64,000 nucleotides of DNA from Octopus sinensis (Eukaryota): assembly GCF_006345805.1 (NCBI RefSeq), contig NC_043016.1, forward strand, positions 31,248,001 through 31,312,000. The letters run 5' to 3'. Positions within the stretch are counted from its first letter, which is position 1. Each line of letters opens with the position of its first letter. Below are positions 13,383 through 27,614 of this stretch, in pieces. A model generated the notes under the pieces. It had not been told where the DNA came from. It did no database searches and saw nothing but the letters and a program-made list of their open reading frames with translations. The position numbers and the translations under genes are program-made.

Positions 13383-13721
13383 TATAGTTAAAAATACTGG
13401 TGATCTAAAATGACCAGATGTGTAGTATCTTCCTGGTTTAAATTTTTTCTTTTATTAATACACAATAACAAAATCCCTTTGATAATAAAACACATACTCC
13501 AATTTAGCACTTAACAAAATATAAACTTTACTACCATTTCCCTGTAAAGGAGAAAATGTGTTTAGTTTGTTAACCAACCTTTCCCCATAGTAATATAGAA
13601 AAGATGCATTTCATTGTAAATATTAAGCTTAAACCAAATGCATACAAATATTCCTATGCTATGGTACTCAAAAAGATTATCAGACAAACATTAAAGTAAA
13701 ACAGAAACAACATATACTTAC

Positions 13722-13952
13722 AAATGGGTCTTCATGTTTAAGTAATGTGGACAAAGACTCTACACATCCTTCTAGTGCTGTATCTTGAGTGGGTTCCATC
13801 TTCCCACACAACCTAGATACAACAGACATTGCTGAATGTAGAGTGTCTTTGTGTACCTGAGATCCATGTTCACGAATGAAAGTAAGAACACAATTTAAGC
13901 CACCAGAATCGAACACTGAGCCAGATTCCCTAGTACAAATTAATTCCAACAC
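13722..13952 (-). CDS. HECTD1: HECTD1 coding exon 3: [77 protein letters not shown]
   Basis: ORF 13680..13952. TAG acceptor, GTAAGT donor, 231 nt, phase 0/0. Confidence 0.97.
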
Positions 13953-16900
13953 CTAAAGAAGGAATACAAAGTATATAAGTAATTAGAAAATAGAAAGAGT
14001 GACAGTTTATTAAAATAACACACAACACATATATATATATATATATACAGACATATATATATGAAACACCAATTTTTCATGTTACAACATCATCGTTCAA
14101 AGTTCATTTTCCATGCTGGCATACATTGGACAGTTTGGCAGGGTACATTAAGCTGGAGGGCTATGGTGAGCTCCAGCATCTACTTCAGAATTATTTCTAT
14201 GGCTTGATACCTTTCCCAACACCAATATTGTACAGCATGAGCTGAATAAAATCTGTTTACAGGAGAGTAAACATTTCTTTCGATCAAATACTTGTCTTAT
14301 GGAATGATTACATGGAAAAATAAATACAAAGTAATTTCCGAAAGATAAAAAAGACAGTCCTTAACTCAGACTATAGTTTTCATTTTAGTAGCCACTCTAC
14401 AATATCAAAAGACCACGATGGAGAGTTTAAAATTATACAAAAGTTTATTACTTTTTTGACGCAAATGTGGGTAGTGAGTCTTCACAAAAGTACAACTCTA
14501 TGAAACTAGACTGTATCTGAAATATGACTGCAGCCTACCCAGACACACAAAGAAAACATTTCTTCATACGGGTTATAACCATATTAATTTAATATCTCTT
14601 ATCTTTTATTCGTTTCAGTCATTAAATTGTGGCTATGAATGGGCACCACCTTCAATTTAAGCTAGACAAATTGACCACAGAACTTTTTTTTAAAGCCTGC
14701 AACTTATTCTACTGGTCTCCTTTACTGAACTGCTAAGTTATCTATATATATACATACACATATATATATATATATATGACAGTCTTCTTTCAGTTTCTGC
14801 CTATCAAATCAACTTACAGACTTTAGAAGACACTTGCCCAAGATGTCATACAATAGGACTGAACCTGGAACCATGTGGTTGGGAAGCAAATTTCTTACCA
14901 CACAGCCACACCTGAAAAAATACGTGTACCTAGTGGGTTCCCAAATTAAGTTTTACTTAGTCGTAAGTGTACACCATTAAGATCAAAATCAGTCAGCAGT
15001 AAACTGTGTAATCTCCTTTACTGTAACAACAGTCAAGTTTATAAAAAAAACTTTTTTTAAAACAATCAAAAAACTGATTAAAATGTTCTGTTGCTTATTT
15101 TCTTCATTCAATTAAAAATTTTGCTATGTATTTTTCCAATATTTCTTGTACTACTGAAGGCCAATGATTTTCAAAGTGATATTACTGACAATGCCTTGTG
15201 TTCACATAAAAGAAACTATATAAACTAGATTTTAGTAAATAAAAAAGATCACCATTCAAAGTTGAAAAATACTGACATTGAAGCAAGCAGAGCATACAGA
15301 TTGAATATTTAGAAACAAAAAATAAGTATTTCTAGTGATATTCACTTGAAAATGTACGAGTTACAGTGGTATAAGCCCAGCAGCAATCAAGTAATCTGAC
15401 ATAATTTTGCTAATGAACCAGACCCACTTATTGGAAAAGCATTTATCAATATCTGATAAAAAATTCAGATATACTTTAATATTTTTGAAGTTAAACAGAT
15501 ACAAACTATTTCAATTACTTATTAAAAGGTTCTCAAAATAACACTACATATTTGTCAATGCTGTGTCTCCTCTTGTATTGCTTAGTCCATTTTGTCAAAA
15601 TGGATTAAAGAAAATATGAACGAAGGAAAACAAGATGAGATACAGGCGATAAAAGAGAATTTTTCATTTACTTCTTTTTATAAGTTACATCAATGGTTAT
15701 GCAATTTTCATATACTGCCTGGATTATTGGAATAAACAGGTATAGTTGTGTGGTTAGAAAGTTCACTTCTCCCAACCACATTGTTTTAGGTTTAACGCCA
15801 CTGAGAAGCACCTTGGGCAAGTGTTTTCTCCTATATCACTAGGCCAACCAAAGCTTTCTGAGTTGATTTTGTAGATCTAAACTGATTACTGGCCATCTCA
15901 CTTTGGCCTGTCATTAGGTACTAATCATGGAGGTTCAGTGACCAGTATTCATGTTGTACAAGCATTTATCACTATAATCCAATTAGAAAGAAATGCCTCT
16001 TTATGGTGACTTCAATGTAATTTCATCGGTTGACAGTCCTATGGTGATGGAAGAGTGGCAACATGTGCAGTCCTAACTGGTTGGAAGAGCATAAGTTAGG
16101 ACTTTCACTTGTCACCTAAGCATCAGACCCTACAGAGCTGTAGCAAGACCAAATAGTCATCTTAGAGGCCATAGACAAAGTCAAAAATACCACTGACAAC
16201 ATGGAGAGGAGAATCATCTGTGAAGATGGAGCAGTCACCATGTATGTATGATTTGTCTTTACATTGCATTAGTCAAGTTGTAAGCAAGCATCACCATCAT
16301 AGAGCCATTTGTTTCCAATCTTCTATGAATACATGCCCTACCAAGGGGAAATATTACCTTACTTGGAAACTGGTGAGAACTGATGATGAAAAGGGCGTCC
16401 AAGCCATAGAAAACCTGTTACAATTCCATTTGACCCAAGCCAGCATTCGTTTCTAATCTAGGCACAAGGTCCGAAATTTTGGGGGAGAGGGGTCCAGTTG
16501 ATTAGATTGACCCCAGTACTTAATTTATTGACCCTAAAAGGATGAAAAGCAAGGTGGGCCTCAGCAGAATTTGAACTCAAAATGTAAAGACAGACAAAAT
16601 GCCACCAAGTATTTCGTCCGGCATGCTAACGTTTCTGCCAGCTTGTGGCCTTAACCCAAGCCAGCATTAAAACAATAATGATGTAAGCATTCATACACAT
16701 AGATCTAATGTAATTTTAGCATATCTCCATATTTCTCCTACATTATCTAATATTTTGAGTAACATAAACAGGCAGAACACAAGACAATACAAAAAAAATA
16801 ACAGAAAAATGGTCTTTTAAAACATACTTTTCTAAGCAGTTAAGAAAACATAGATTTGTAAGTTTTAAATTCTCTCTTGAAAGGACTAATAGGAAAGTTA

Positions 16901-19119
16901 TAGTGTAACATGAACATAATATAGGCACCCACAACTAATCACATGTCTATTCTAGTTAAATTTCTTTTTCATACAGTTGCTTTCAATGACTTACAGACAT
17001 CTTAAGTTAGCATTTCACTTCCAATCATTTTACATATTTAGCCCAACAATAAAATCACCTGTCTATTGAATGACTTTTTACTGAATTTTTAATAAAATTA
17101 GTCTAAAATAAAATATAAACAGCATTTCCCATAAGAAAACTTAAGCTGACTTATTTTATAAAATTTTAAAAAATACACGCATTCTACAACACTTATTATC
17201 TAAATAATTCCGTATTTAAAATTAATAGATAAAAACTGTTCTGCAAAATAGATTTTGGAAATTACTCTAAATCATGATAAAAAGTTGTTTTGATAGAAAG
17301 TGATTTCAATGAGAAGACCTTCAATAAAATTTAATACACAAAATTCTTGAAATACTGTGTAGAGATATATACATCTCTTCTACAGTCAGCTCTTTGCTCA
17401 GAGCAAAAAGAGACATTCATTTTCAAAAAAATTGCATATTCAGAAAATTCCTCCTTTTTGTTAACTGCAACAAAGCATCACAACTTTGCAACCAATTCCT
17501 GCAAATCATTTAAGAGTCAAAATACTATTATTAACAACTCTAGTATATAGCTTTTAAGCTACTGACCCTGAATGGGAGGATCGGCAAGCAGATCTCTGAC
17601 TTGTTTTGTTGCAATTGCTTCTTCCAGAGTCATATCCCAATGATCATATTCGTTGCAAAACATCATGCCAAAAATTTGCTGAAAATAATTGCTGGATTTC
17701 GCAATTAATTCTGATTATTCCCAAAATTTATTTCCAGTTGCAAAATGGTATGATATGCTGGGCTACGGCCTCTAGGAGTAAAGTTGAAAAAGTGTGACAC
17801 ACTGACTTTCACATTTATTATATTATAATGTAAAATACCCAGTATGTCTACCAGCAAGTTCAAATTCATCTTTTGTGAACTTAGTTTTCATTGACTATGG
17901 AATATTTAGTTCTGACTTTTTGTGCAGTGTCTTGCTAATGCACTTTTGTGGCACCAGCTGTGAATGTAAACCATCATTACGATACTAATCTACAAGCGGT
18001 TTGTCTCAGCTCTGCTGTGTGATAATTTTATCTGCTAGTTGTAACCAATCACTCATATAGTCAGTAAATCATCTTATCAACAAGATCTTTTACATGTTTT
18101 GGTCATTGGACTGTGCCCATGCTGGGATGTTGTCTTGAAGAATTTTAGTTGAGTGAATCAACCCCAATACTTTTTTTTAAATGACCCCAGTACATGTTTT
18201 TTAAGCCTAGTATTTATTTTATCAATCTCTTTTGCCAAATTACTAAATTACAGGGATATAAACAAATCAATTTGTCAAGTAGTGGTGGGGACAAACACAA
18301 AGGTGCACACACACACACATCATTGTTTAACATCCTCCTCCCATGGTGGCATAGGTTGAGCAGTTTGACAGGAGCTGGCCAGGTAGAAGACTGCAGAGTG
18401 GGCCGAGTGCTTTTTACACAGTACAAGAACAGGTGAGGTTAGTTTTGACATGGCTTTTATAGCTGGGTGCTCTTCCAAATACCAACCACTTCACAGTTAG
18501 AGTGTGACACACACTCAATGGGCCTTTTGAAATTTCCATCTACCAAATCCACTCACAACACTTTCATCTTAGGACTACACCTGAAGAGACTTGTTCAAGA
18601 TGCCACGCAGTGGAACTGAACCCAAAATTACATAGTTGGGAAGCAAACCTATAATCACAAAGTCATACCTGTATTTGAAACTGGAGCAAATAATCTTAGA
18701 GTAATCTTAAATAACATTTTATAATTCACTCTGAATGCTTTTAAAATGCAGTGTGTATATACCAATTTTGTCTCCTGCCAAAATTTCATCTTAAGATATA
18801 TGAACAAAGAATGTTCTCTGTAGAAGAGGACGTTTGTTTTAACAACAGTTAACAATATCATAAGCTACTTTATTAGAATTCAAGAAGACAAAAAAATAAT
18901 ATTCACAAGCTTCAAGCATTCACAGGGATAACAAAGTTGAATGATGACTTAAAATTTTTGAACATCAGTTTTTGGATGGGAAAGTGAACAAAGACTTTCA
19001 AAGGCATACAGTTCAGGAGAGAAAAATCTACACTAAGTATCATAATGGAGTAAGAAACAGTAAGAAAAACCCTATTGTAAAAGAGTGTTGAAAATATTGA
19101 AAGCAGTCACACCACATTG

Positions 19120-19555
19120 GTAGTAACCATTGTATATTCTCAACTGTTCAGAACCATTATAATCACAAGATGGTTTAATGCACTCTCCAATAAATACCAA
19201 ATTTTTTTTCTGAATTCCATATGTCTTAACACTTGTGGACATGCATACAGAATCAAAAAACAAAGCACCCATCACTTTCAGAAACATTTTTTCATACTCA
19301 GAATTGCTGAAGCAAAGAATAAACTACCCATATCAGTTGTTAGCTGTCAGTACACTACAGCCTTCAAAACTTCTACACATCCTAAAATTCACCAACAGTA
19401 CACCTGATTCTTCCTGCCATTTTCTTTTTTTTAAACTGTTCATTTCCATTTCTTGTGCAGTATTCTACTTACTGTTCTTCATGCACTTTTGGGTACTTTT
19501 TCTGATGAGTTGTAGTGCACCTGAGCAATGTACATAAGTTCAATATTATTATTGT
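19120..19555 (+). mobile_element. CR1/L2-type LINE 3' end relic
   Basis: ORF 19117..19407 contains CGHAYRIKK...KHFFILRIAEAKNKLP. Its 3' UTR GATGAGTTGTAGTGCACCTGAGCA is shared with the copy at 60400-60850. Confidence 0.8.
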
Positions 19556-19656
19556 GTGGTAAGAAGCTTGCTTCCGAAACACATGGTCCTGGGCTCAGTC
19601 CCACTGCATGGCACCTTGGGCAAGTGAAAGAAACTCGTCATGTATGTATGTAAGTA

Positions 19657-19703
<47 letters not shown>

Positions 19704-19880
19704 ATTCATGTTTGTCCCCACCCACCATTACTTGACAACCGATGGTGTGTTTACGTACCCTTAGCAGTTCATCAAAATAGACTGATAATATAAGTACTAG
19801 GCTTACAAAGAATAAGTACCAGGGTTGATTTGTTCAACTAAAGGTGGTGCTCCAGCATGGCCACAGTCAAATGACTGAAA
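19555..19880 (+). mobile_element. tRNA-derived SINE (abundant family; many more copies, e.g. about 3640, 14600, 18100, 21700, 47830, 51690, 53250, 55830, 62650, 63040)
   Basis: Head GTGTGGTAAGAAGCTTGC...GGCACCTTGGGCAAGTG (CORE-like), microsatellite middle, and tail GGTGCTCCAGCATGGCC...GACTGAAACA recur throughout the window. Confidence 0.8.
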
Positions 19881-22800
19881 CAATATATATATATATCCTA
19901 ACATATACAATATGTAAGAAGTAAAAATGGAAGTTCAAAAAGATTACATGATTTTCATATTTCCCCAAGCCTGATGTAGAGATTCCCACCAAGTTTCTTA
20001 GTTCTCATGTTTAAACACTCTTCATAAGTTTTCCTTTGTGCCATATGTACATTTACAATAAACAGATATTTTTTTACCTGCCTTGCAGTGTGTGTGTGTG
20101 TGTGTCTGTGTGCATATATAACCCCATGTCAGTGAAATTGAGTTCTAGAAGTGCTGTGTGTCCCACCCACACTTAAGAAAATTTCTCACACACTACCACA
20201 ACAAACCAAACTATGTCTCTACATCTCTTCTCTTCCTCACATTTCCGCTTCATGCACTATGCTCACCTCCCACTCCCTAATCCTGTCCTTTGGGCCCTGT
20301 GCCACTGTATCATTGCTCTCCACTAGTCTCTGACCTGTGTTATGTTCCACCCATATGCCCGGTCTCAATGCTATCTGCTAGCCCCCACCCCGACCGGTGT
20401 TCCACCCACACATAAAACTTTTCACTCACCCTACCCCAACAAACCAATTTACATCTCTTCCTCATATTTCCACCTTCATACACTATGCCTAGCTCTCACT
20501 CCCCAATCTTGTCCTCCCGGCCCTGTTCCTTTGTATCATTGCCATCAGTAACCCCACTGACTATATATACTCAGGGTTTTTGTTATTCCCTCCCTCCACA
20601 CTCTTCAATCACACTTCCTTTGCAATATCCGGCCACTTATATTATGGTGTTTGAACCTCAAGGGTATGCCCTGGTACTTGCCACCATCTAAATCTCTCTC
20701 TTCCTTTACTCAGCCATCTCATTTATATTTTGATCCTCGTCCCTTGTATGCCCAGCATTTTGCCACATCTCTATCCTGCTGTCTCCCACTCTTTCTCTCT
20801 CTCCATCCCCTGCACTTCCCTCAGGTTGGGTAGTGTACCTTATCTGTCTTCATTCCTGATCTCTCTCCAGCTGGGTAACCTTGCACTTCCTCTACACCAA
20901 GACACCTGTCTCTGCCTCACTATAACCTTTCATCATCTGACACAAGATCACCTCCTCCAATGTCCCCGCCTCTTGAATTTTTTATTTTTGTCTTGCAAGT
21001 GCCACTTAAAAGCACCCAGTCCACACTAAAGTGGTTGGTGTTCGAAAGAGCATCAGGCTGTAAAAACCTTGCCAAAACTGACCTCGCCTGTGCTTGTGCC
21101 ATGTAAAAGGCATTAAAACCACTCTGCTGAGGAAGGGCATCCCGTTGTAAAAATCCTGCCAAAACAATCACTGAAGTCTGGTGCAGGCCCCAGTCTGACT
21201 GATTCTTGTGAAACTGTCCTACTCATGCTAGCATGGAAGGCAGATGTTAAATGATGATGATCACACACATATACATACATACAACAGTAAAAATAATTTG
21301 CTTTTAAATATATGTTCAATTCTAAAATTTTCAGAAAGAATACAAGTTTAAAACGTTATGCATCTTTGTATGCAGATTAGAATACACGCTCAGACAGGCA
21401 CACAACTCATTTTAAACCTCCCAGTTGGCAGTTTGAAATGAATTGTGTAAGAAGAATGCTTCATAAAAGGCGAATGAAATTTGAGATAAGTCAACTTCCA
21501 CCACTAATTTTTATCTGAGCTATTATATATATATTCATTACAAAATGTATCTTTAGTGCTAATTATGCCAGTTAGATAAACTATCTATATATCCAGAAGT
21601 CATGTAACAAATCAGTTTACTTCATGAACATATGGTGCATCTTTAGTCTAGGTTAGCTGTCAATCATTAACACTGTATTGAATAAAACTCCATATATCTT
21701 TTTGTTTTACTTGTTTGAGTCACTAGACTGTGGCCATACTGGGGCAGCACCTTCAAGAATTTCAGTTGAACAAATCAACCCCAGTACTTAGTTATCTTAT
21801 TGGTTGGTCTCTTTACTGAGCTGCAAAATTACAAGGACATAAACACACCATTACCTGTTAAGTAGTGGTGGGAATCAAATAGACACAAAGACAAACACAA
21901 ACACATATTTCTGTCCCCATCTACCAAATCCATACACAAGGATTTGTGAACCCAAGGCTAAAGTAGAAAAGACTTGCCCATGTACTATGCAGAAGGATTG
22001 AGCCCAGAACCATTTGGTTGAAAGCAAACTTATACAGCCTCACCTGCACCTATATAATGAAAATATTTACTAGATGATACTTAAATTTTCGTGCTCTTTT
22101 CCTAGCTGCTACCTTGATTCAACCCCAGATCATTGCAAATTCACAACTTCCAAATAACTTACATTTTTTTGCTTTAAAATACTATGTCCTTCATTAACCC
22201 TTTAGCATTTACATTATTCTGCCAAATGTAATCCTTATTTATTCAAATTGTTTTGAATTAATCATGCATTATCTCATAGTTCTGGAATTTCAATAATGTG
22301 ATTGATTCTTTTTAGAATTACATAGTAAAACAGGTGTGAGAGGCCAGATCAGGTCAGTTTCACCATAAAACAGAGTATTTGGGCTGGATATGGCTGCTTT
22401 AAATGCTTAAGGAACATTGTATATTTGATTCCTCTCACAAAATTTATTAAACGAAATGAAGAACCAGGTTCAAATGCCAATTGACAGCCTAAGATTGATC
22501 TGAATACTTCCAGCCATAAATTTGTTTCAGACATTAAAAAAATATAAATTTTTCCATATTGCAAGTTATCATCCTGAATTTCAAATCTGCAGCTTGCTGC
22601 TTTTAAATTTCTAAAAAGAAATTGAAAATCAAATTGCCATTTAAAAAAATTTTTCCTTATGATCTTAAAATTGATGCAAATTATTATTCTGGTGAAAAGA
22701 GAAAAGAAAAAAAAACCTGCTTTGGAAGCCCATTGGCAATGTTCTTCCTTAACCTTTTAGCATTTAAATCGGCCTTATCCAGCCAAAATATTCTCTCTAT

Positions 22801-24181
22801 TTTATGTTCAAACACACCAAATCCGGCCTCTCACACCTACCCTACAATGACATTCTAAAAATAAACAATCACATCACTGAAATCTCAAAGCTATGAGATA
22901 ATGCATGGCTGATTCAAAATAATGTGAATAAATAAGCATTACATTTGGCAGAAGTCTGAATGCTAAAGGTTAAATTAGAAAGTTAATTCCAAAACCTGTT
23001 GCTTATTTAACCCTAAAGCAAAGCTTTCCACTTTCTTGCCACAAGGAAGAAACACAATTCAAGAATTTTTTTTTTTTTTTGGCTATTAAAATTTAGAGGA
23101 TTTAATGGCATTTTAAACAATAACACCCTTATTCTTTGGCTCCAACTATAATGTAAAAAAAGCACTAGTAGTCTTCTTTTTCAAATCATCAAAAGGTGTT
23201 TCAATCAAATATATTTTGAAGCAGAGATTTTATTTCTTTGTATCATTCTATACATTATTTCACTTTGTATGAAAGTTACAATTTTTTAATAAGAGGAAGA
23301 AGGGAATACAATGTATGCTGCCCCACAAGCTTTGATACAACTTCCTTTGAGTAATACAAAATAAATTTAAGCTTCAATTTTTGAGGAAAGAAAGAATATT
23401 AGAAAAACAGTCAAATAGCTTTAGTATGGGAAAATTATAAATCCAATCAGCTCCTAAAAGTTGATGAAAGGAAGATTGGACTTCGAATTGACATTGTGGA
23501 GAGAATCGGTACCAAGTAAGAAAGAGCTCTATTTTATACCTAGGTTTTTTTTTACAAAAACATTTCTTTGTAAAAAAAAACCTGACTCCTGAACTTGGAA
23601 TTAAATTATGTTTATATAAATGCCAAAGCTATTTTCAAAAGGAGACGGCGGTGACATCAAATGTAGAAAAGGTGACAAGAGTTGTCCAAATCACTCAAAA
23701 GCATAAACTTCAAATCATTATAAATAACATTGTTTATAAAAACTACGCCCATAATATCAATAAAATAGTAAAAAGGGAGGAATTTAACATACAATTTAAA
23801 AAGTTGTTTCGCCTCTCTACACAATTTTTTCAAAACGTTTACAGGTAATATAAATTCAATGACTCAAACTCAGCCCTCACACCCATTTTTTGAACTAGAT
23901 CGATGCATCCAGTAATTGACTTTTGAATTAGCCGTATAGCATTATTTTAACGAGGTAGAGGACCTCACTCAATTTGCTTGCTATGGTATGACGACGGTAA
24001 TACCAATAACAGTCTTGAAATCAATTGTCTTGATATCTCAACCACCGGATACTGATATCATAATTATGATTTACTTCCTGTTGTAAGAAACAGTGATAAA
24101 TAAGACAAAGCTTTAGTAGATTCATCATTCACGGTTTTTTTTAAACTTTTTTTTTTTATAGCAGAACTAAAGCTTACTTAC

Positions 24182-24416
24182 TTTTATACATTGTTCCGCT
24201 AAATCCCTACTTGTACGTGAAGACATTTCAGCCACAACCAATCTGTTACAGAGGGCCTTAATGGCACCCTCGACAGCAACAATGCGACGAGTGCATTCTG
24301 CTGACACATCCAAGTAGTATGTAATGGCACGTGCGGTGACTTCAAGAACATTATCAGGAGCACGTTCATCAAGAAAAATTTTACAAAGTGCTGGCAGGAA
24401 GGTTCTTGGTGGACAA
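24182..24416 (-). CDS. HECTD1: HECTD1 coding exon 2: [78 protein letters not shown]
   Basis: Inside ORF 24167..24454. Polypyrimidine tract plus CAG acceptor, GTAAGT donor, 235 nt, phase compatible with neighbours. Confidence 0.97.
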
Positions 24417-25790
24417 CTGAAAACAAAACAAAAAAAAAAAAAAAAAAAAAGCAAAAAATCAGAAACACATCAATGTAAACTGCCTTCAAAATACGTCAAA
24501 ATGTCAGAAAATACAGGTGATTTGTTGAGAAGTATCGCTTATAGATAATGAGTGACAACGATGGTTGGGAAAAATAAGGATTTCAGAGTCTGCAGAGATT
24601 GGATGTAGTTTAATCAAGTAATTCCAATAAAAGTAGCTATTATTAACCTCCAGCAAGAAAGTCCATTAAAAAAAAAACGAAGATGGGTTAGGTGAATACA
24701 CTTCCTTACGAAATAAACAGCTATTTATTTTGAAGTAATCTGCTTGGGAGATAATGAAAGTACGGACGTTGAACAAAGAGATTCTAGATATATGTATTTA
24801 AAAAAAAAAGGAAAAAAAAAGATAAAAGCACGATAGATTATAAGCAGTTACCTGCTCAATGCATCAGTTGTAATTTTGTTATTTTACGTAGGAATACTAA
24901 AATACTTTGTTAAACATTGAAATCAAAATGGAGATAAAAGTATACACATAATACACAGATATATTGCAAATGTACTTGATTACTCATCAGTTGATATTTT
25001 ATTAAATTCTAAAGATTGCGGACATCTCGAAAAGCAACAGACGTCTAAATAGTACTGAAAGAACAAACAAATGCAGAATACTTTGTTACTCATAAAATAT
25101 TAATAACTTAATTCTTTATGACTAAGCATAATGCATGTTTCTTTCTCTAATAGCTGGAGGTTAATTTGATTTAGTTTATTATTCGAGTTTCTGAACACAG
25201 AGAGAAAAACTAAATACAGTAATTAACTGGATAAATTTGAAACTTATAAAAGAGTTCATTAGGGGGTTAAGTAATATATAATAGAACCCATTACCTAAAA
25301 GTTAACAAAAAGGAAATAAATTATGTACTGACAACAGTAAGGAATTCTAACAAGAAATGTCAGCAGATTTATACGGAAACTATTCATCAATATAAATCAA
25401 ACTCAAAATAATGATAATTAAAAATGGTTATAGGAAGTGAAGAACAGGATCTGATGTAATTAATATAAAAACAGTGAGGGGGCGAAATAAAACTAAAATG
25501 GGTGGAAAATTGAAACAGAAATAGCACCTGAAGCAGTTTAAAAAATATATATTTACTGTATAGAAAATATATGCCATATTGAGAGAAAAAAAAATCACAT
25601 TTTAAATAGACGTTTTAAAATATTCGTTAAAACCATCGAACACTCTGAGAGAGAAAATAAGCCTGAAAATTAGTAATTTTTTTAAAGAGTATATATGAAA
25701 AGCAGAATAATTTTTTTTTTTTTTGGTCATGATAATGAAACAAATTCGGAGAGAGAAGAAAAAAAAAAGATTTAAAAAATATATACTTAC

Positions 25791-25933
25791 CTTTCGAAAC
25801 ATCTATCCACGTTATCGGACATAAGTAGTAACATGCATAGTTGTTCGAGGGCTATAAGTTGCATGTCCCTTTCGTCGCCCTGCTGTCCCATTTGAAGCCA
25901 TTCCAGAAGTGTTTCTGGATCGACGTCCGCCAT
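25791..25933 (-). CDS. HECTD1: HECTD1 coding exon 1 (ATG exon): [47 protein letters not shown](S)
   Basis: Hand translation matches the HECTD1/Ufd4 N-terminus I recognise almost residue for residue. ATG at 25933, donor AG|GTAAGT at 25791, 143 nt, phase 2. Confidence 0.97.
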
Positions 25934-25978
25934 CTTGCTGACTCTCACGCAGCAACACTACGAGAGAGAAATAGCAGC
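25934..25978 (-). other. HECTD1: Probable 5' UTR part of the HECTD1 ATG exon, bounded by a putative splice acceptor
   Basis: Minus strand reads ...catgttttacAG|GCTGCTATTTC... with CAG at 25981-25979, 45 nt upstream of the ATG. Confidence 0.5.
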
Positions 25979-27124
25979 CTGTAAAACATGTATATGTGTG
26001 TGTGCGTATATATATATATGTATAAATATATATATATACCTTAGTTACTAATCACGGTTACTACCACTAACACTACCTCTCCTCCTACCACTACCAACAT
26101 GTAATACCACACGAGCCTCTATGTGGACGCTCAGCCTGCTAAAACTAGCAGTCAAATATCCCTCGATTCACAGCTTACTTATCGTCTTAGAAAAGGACAC
26201 GTTGGATAATGTAGTCGTCAGCTCTCTCTCTCTGCAGAGAGGAAATAACAGTCACAGTCGAGTAGGGAATGCCTCTGATTATAGGTGACCTGGGGTTAAA
26301 CAACAACTAATAATACCATAACAGCAGCAGCAGCAGTAGTAGTAGTAGTAGTAACAGTTATAGGTAGTGACGACGGTGATGAGAGATTAGACGGGAGGGT
26401 AGAGGGAGTAACAATAAATGAAGTGGTTGCACAAGCAGTAAAAAAAAAAAGAGAGAGAGAAAAAGAAAAGAGTGACGGCTAGAGGAGAAAGGAGTGAGGT
26501 GGTGTAACGATGATGATGGTTGTCGCGGTAACAGTAGAGTAACTGTTGTAGGAGTCATAGTGGTCACAATAGTGGTGATTAGAGAGGTAACAGTGATAGT
26601 AACCGATGATAATGTATAGTTGTAGTGACAGTACATATGATAATGGTTGTTATGGTGGTGACGAGATGTGAAGTGGAGGAAGTTATCGAAAACTACGAAA
26701 GAACATAGAATACTGAGAATCAGTCTGAATATAAATATATATATATACATACATGTATATATGTACATACATTATGTATATAAATACATATGTACATACA
26801 TTATATATACATACATATAGCGATATACATATACACATACATACACATATGCATACATGTATATACATATATGCATACACATACGTATATATATATACAT
26901 ATGCACACACGTACATATATACATACATAAACATGTATGTGTATATATATATATATTATATATATATATTTGAACTTTCACTGTTAAGGATTTTTCGGTT
27001 TTTCTCCTAAATGTATATATATTTTTTTTTGTACTCTCTTCTGTATAAATATATGGTAAATGACTTGATGTCTTGCAACTGCCTCTTCATATCCTGTTGT
27101 ATTATACGTGTGTATATATATATA

Positions 27125-27164
<40 letters not shown>

Positions 27165-27572
27165 ATGCGCGCGTGTGAATATATATATTATATACTTTTC
27201 AATGACTATATATACATACACAGACACACACACAAACACATACATATATGCACACTTTTATCATACTTGTCTTTCCTGTATAAAACTAATACATCGGCTG
27301 ACTAAAATTATGTACAGTGTGTACAAATACACAGAAATACCGAGTGACAGACAGTAGGACGAATGAGAACAGAATTTTTTTTTTTCAAATAGTAAATTGG
27401 ATTTTTCAGGAAGAATGAAAATATCAGTTATATAAATGGCCTCAAGAGTATATCGATATGGTTTGTGTCAGTATTATTTGGAATAAATAATATAATTTGC
27501 TTATATATTTAATTTATATATGATTTGTGCCCACCCGCATATAGATACATATATGTATTTGCATATATATAT

Positions 27573-27614
<42 letters not shown>

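Noticed and set aside
17560-17800. Minus-strand NEYDHWDMTLEEAIATKQVRDLLA resembling a Helitron Rep-helicase segment
   Set aside because: One short motif, flanking frames do not extend the similarity, and I cannot run a search to confirm it.
23455-23495. TTGATGAAAGGAAG-ATTGGA-CTTCGAAT as a hammerhead relic
   Set aside because: Both core halves are altered and stems I and III are unsupported; too degenerate to call without a family consensus.
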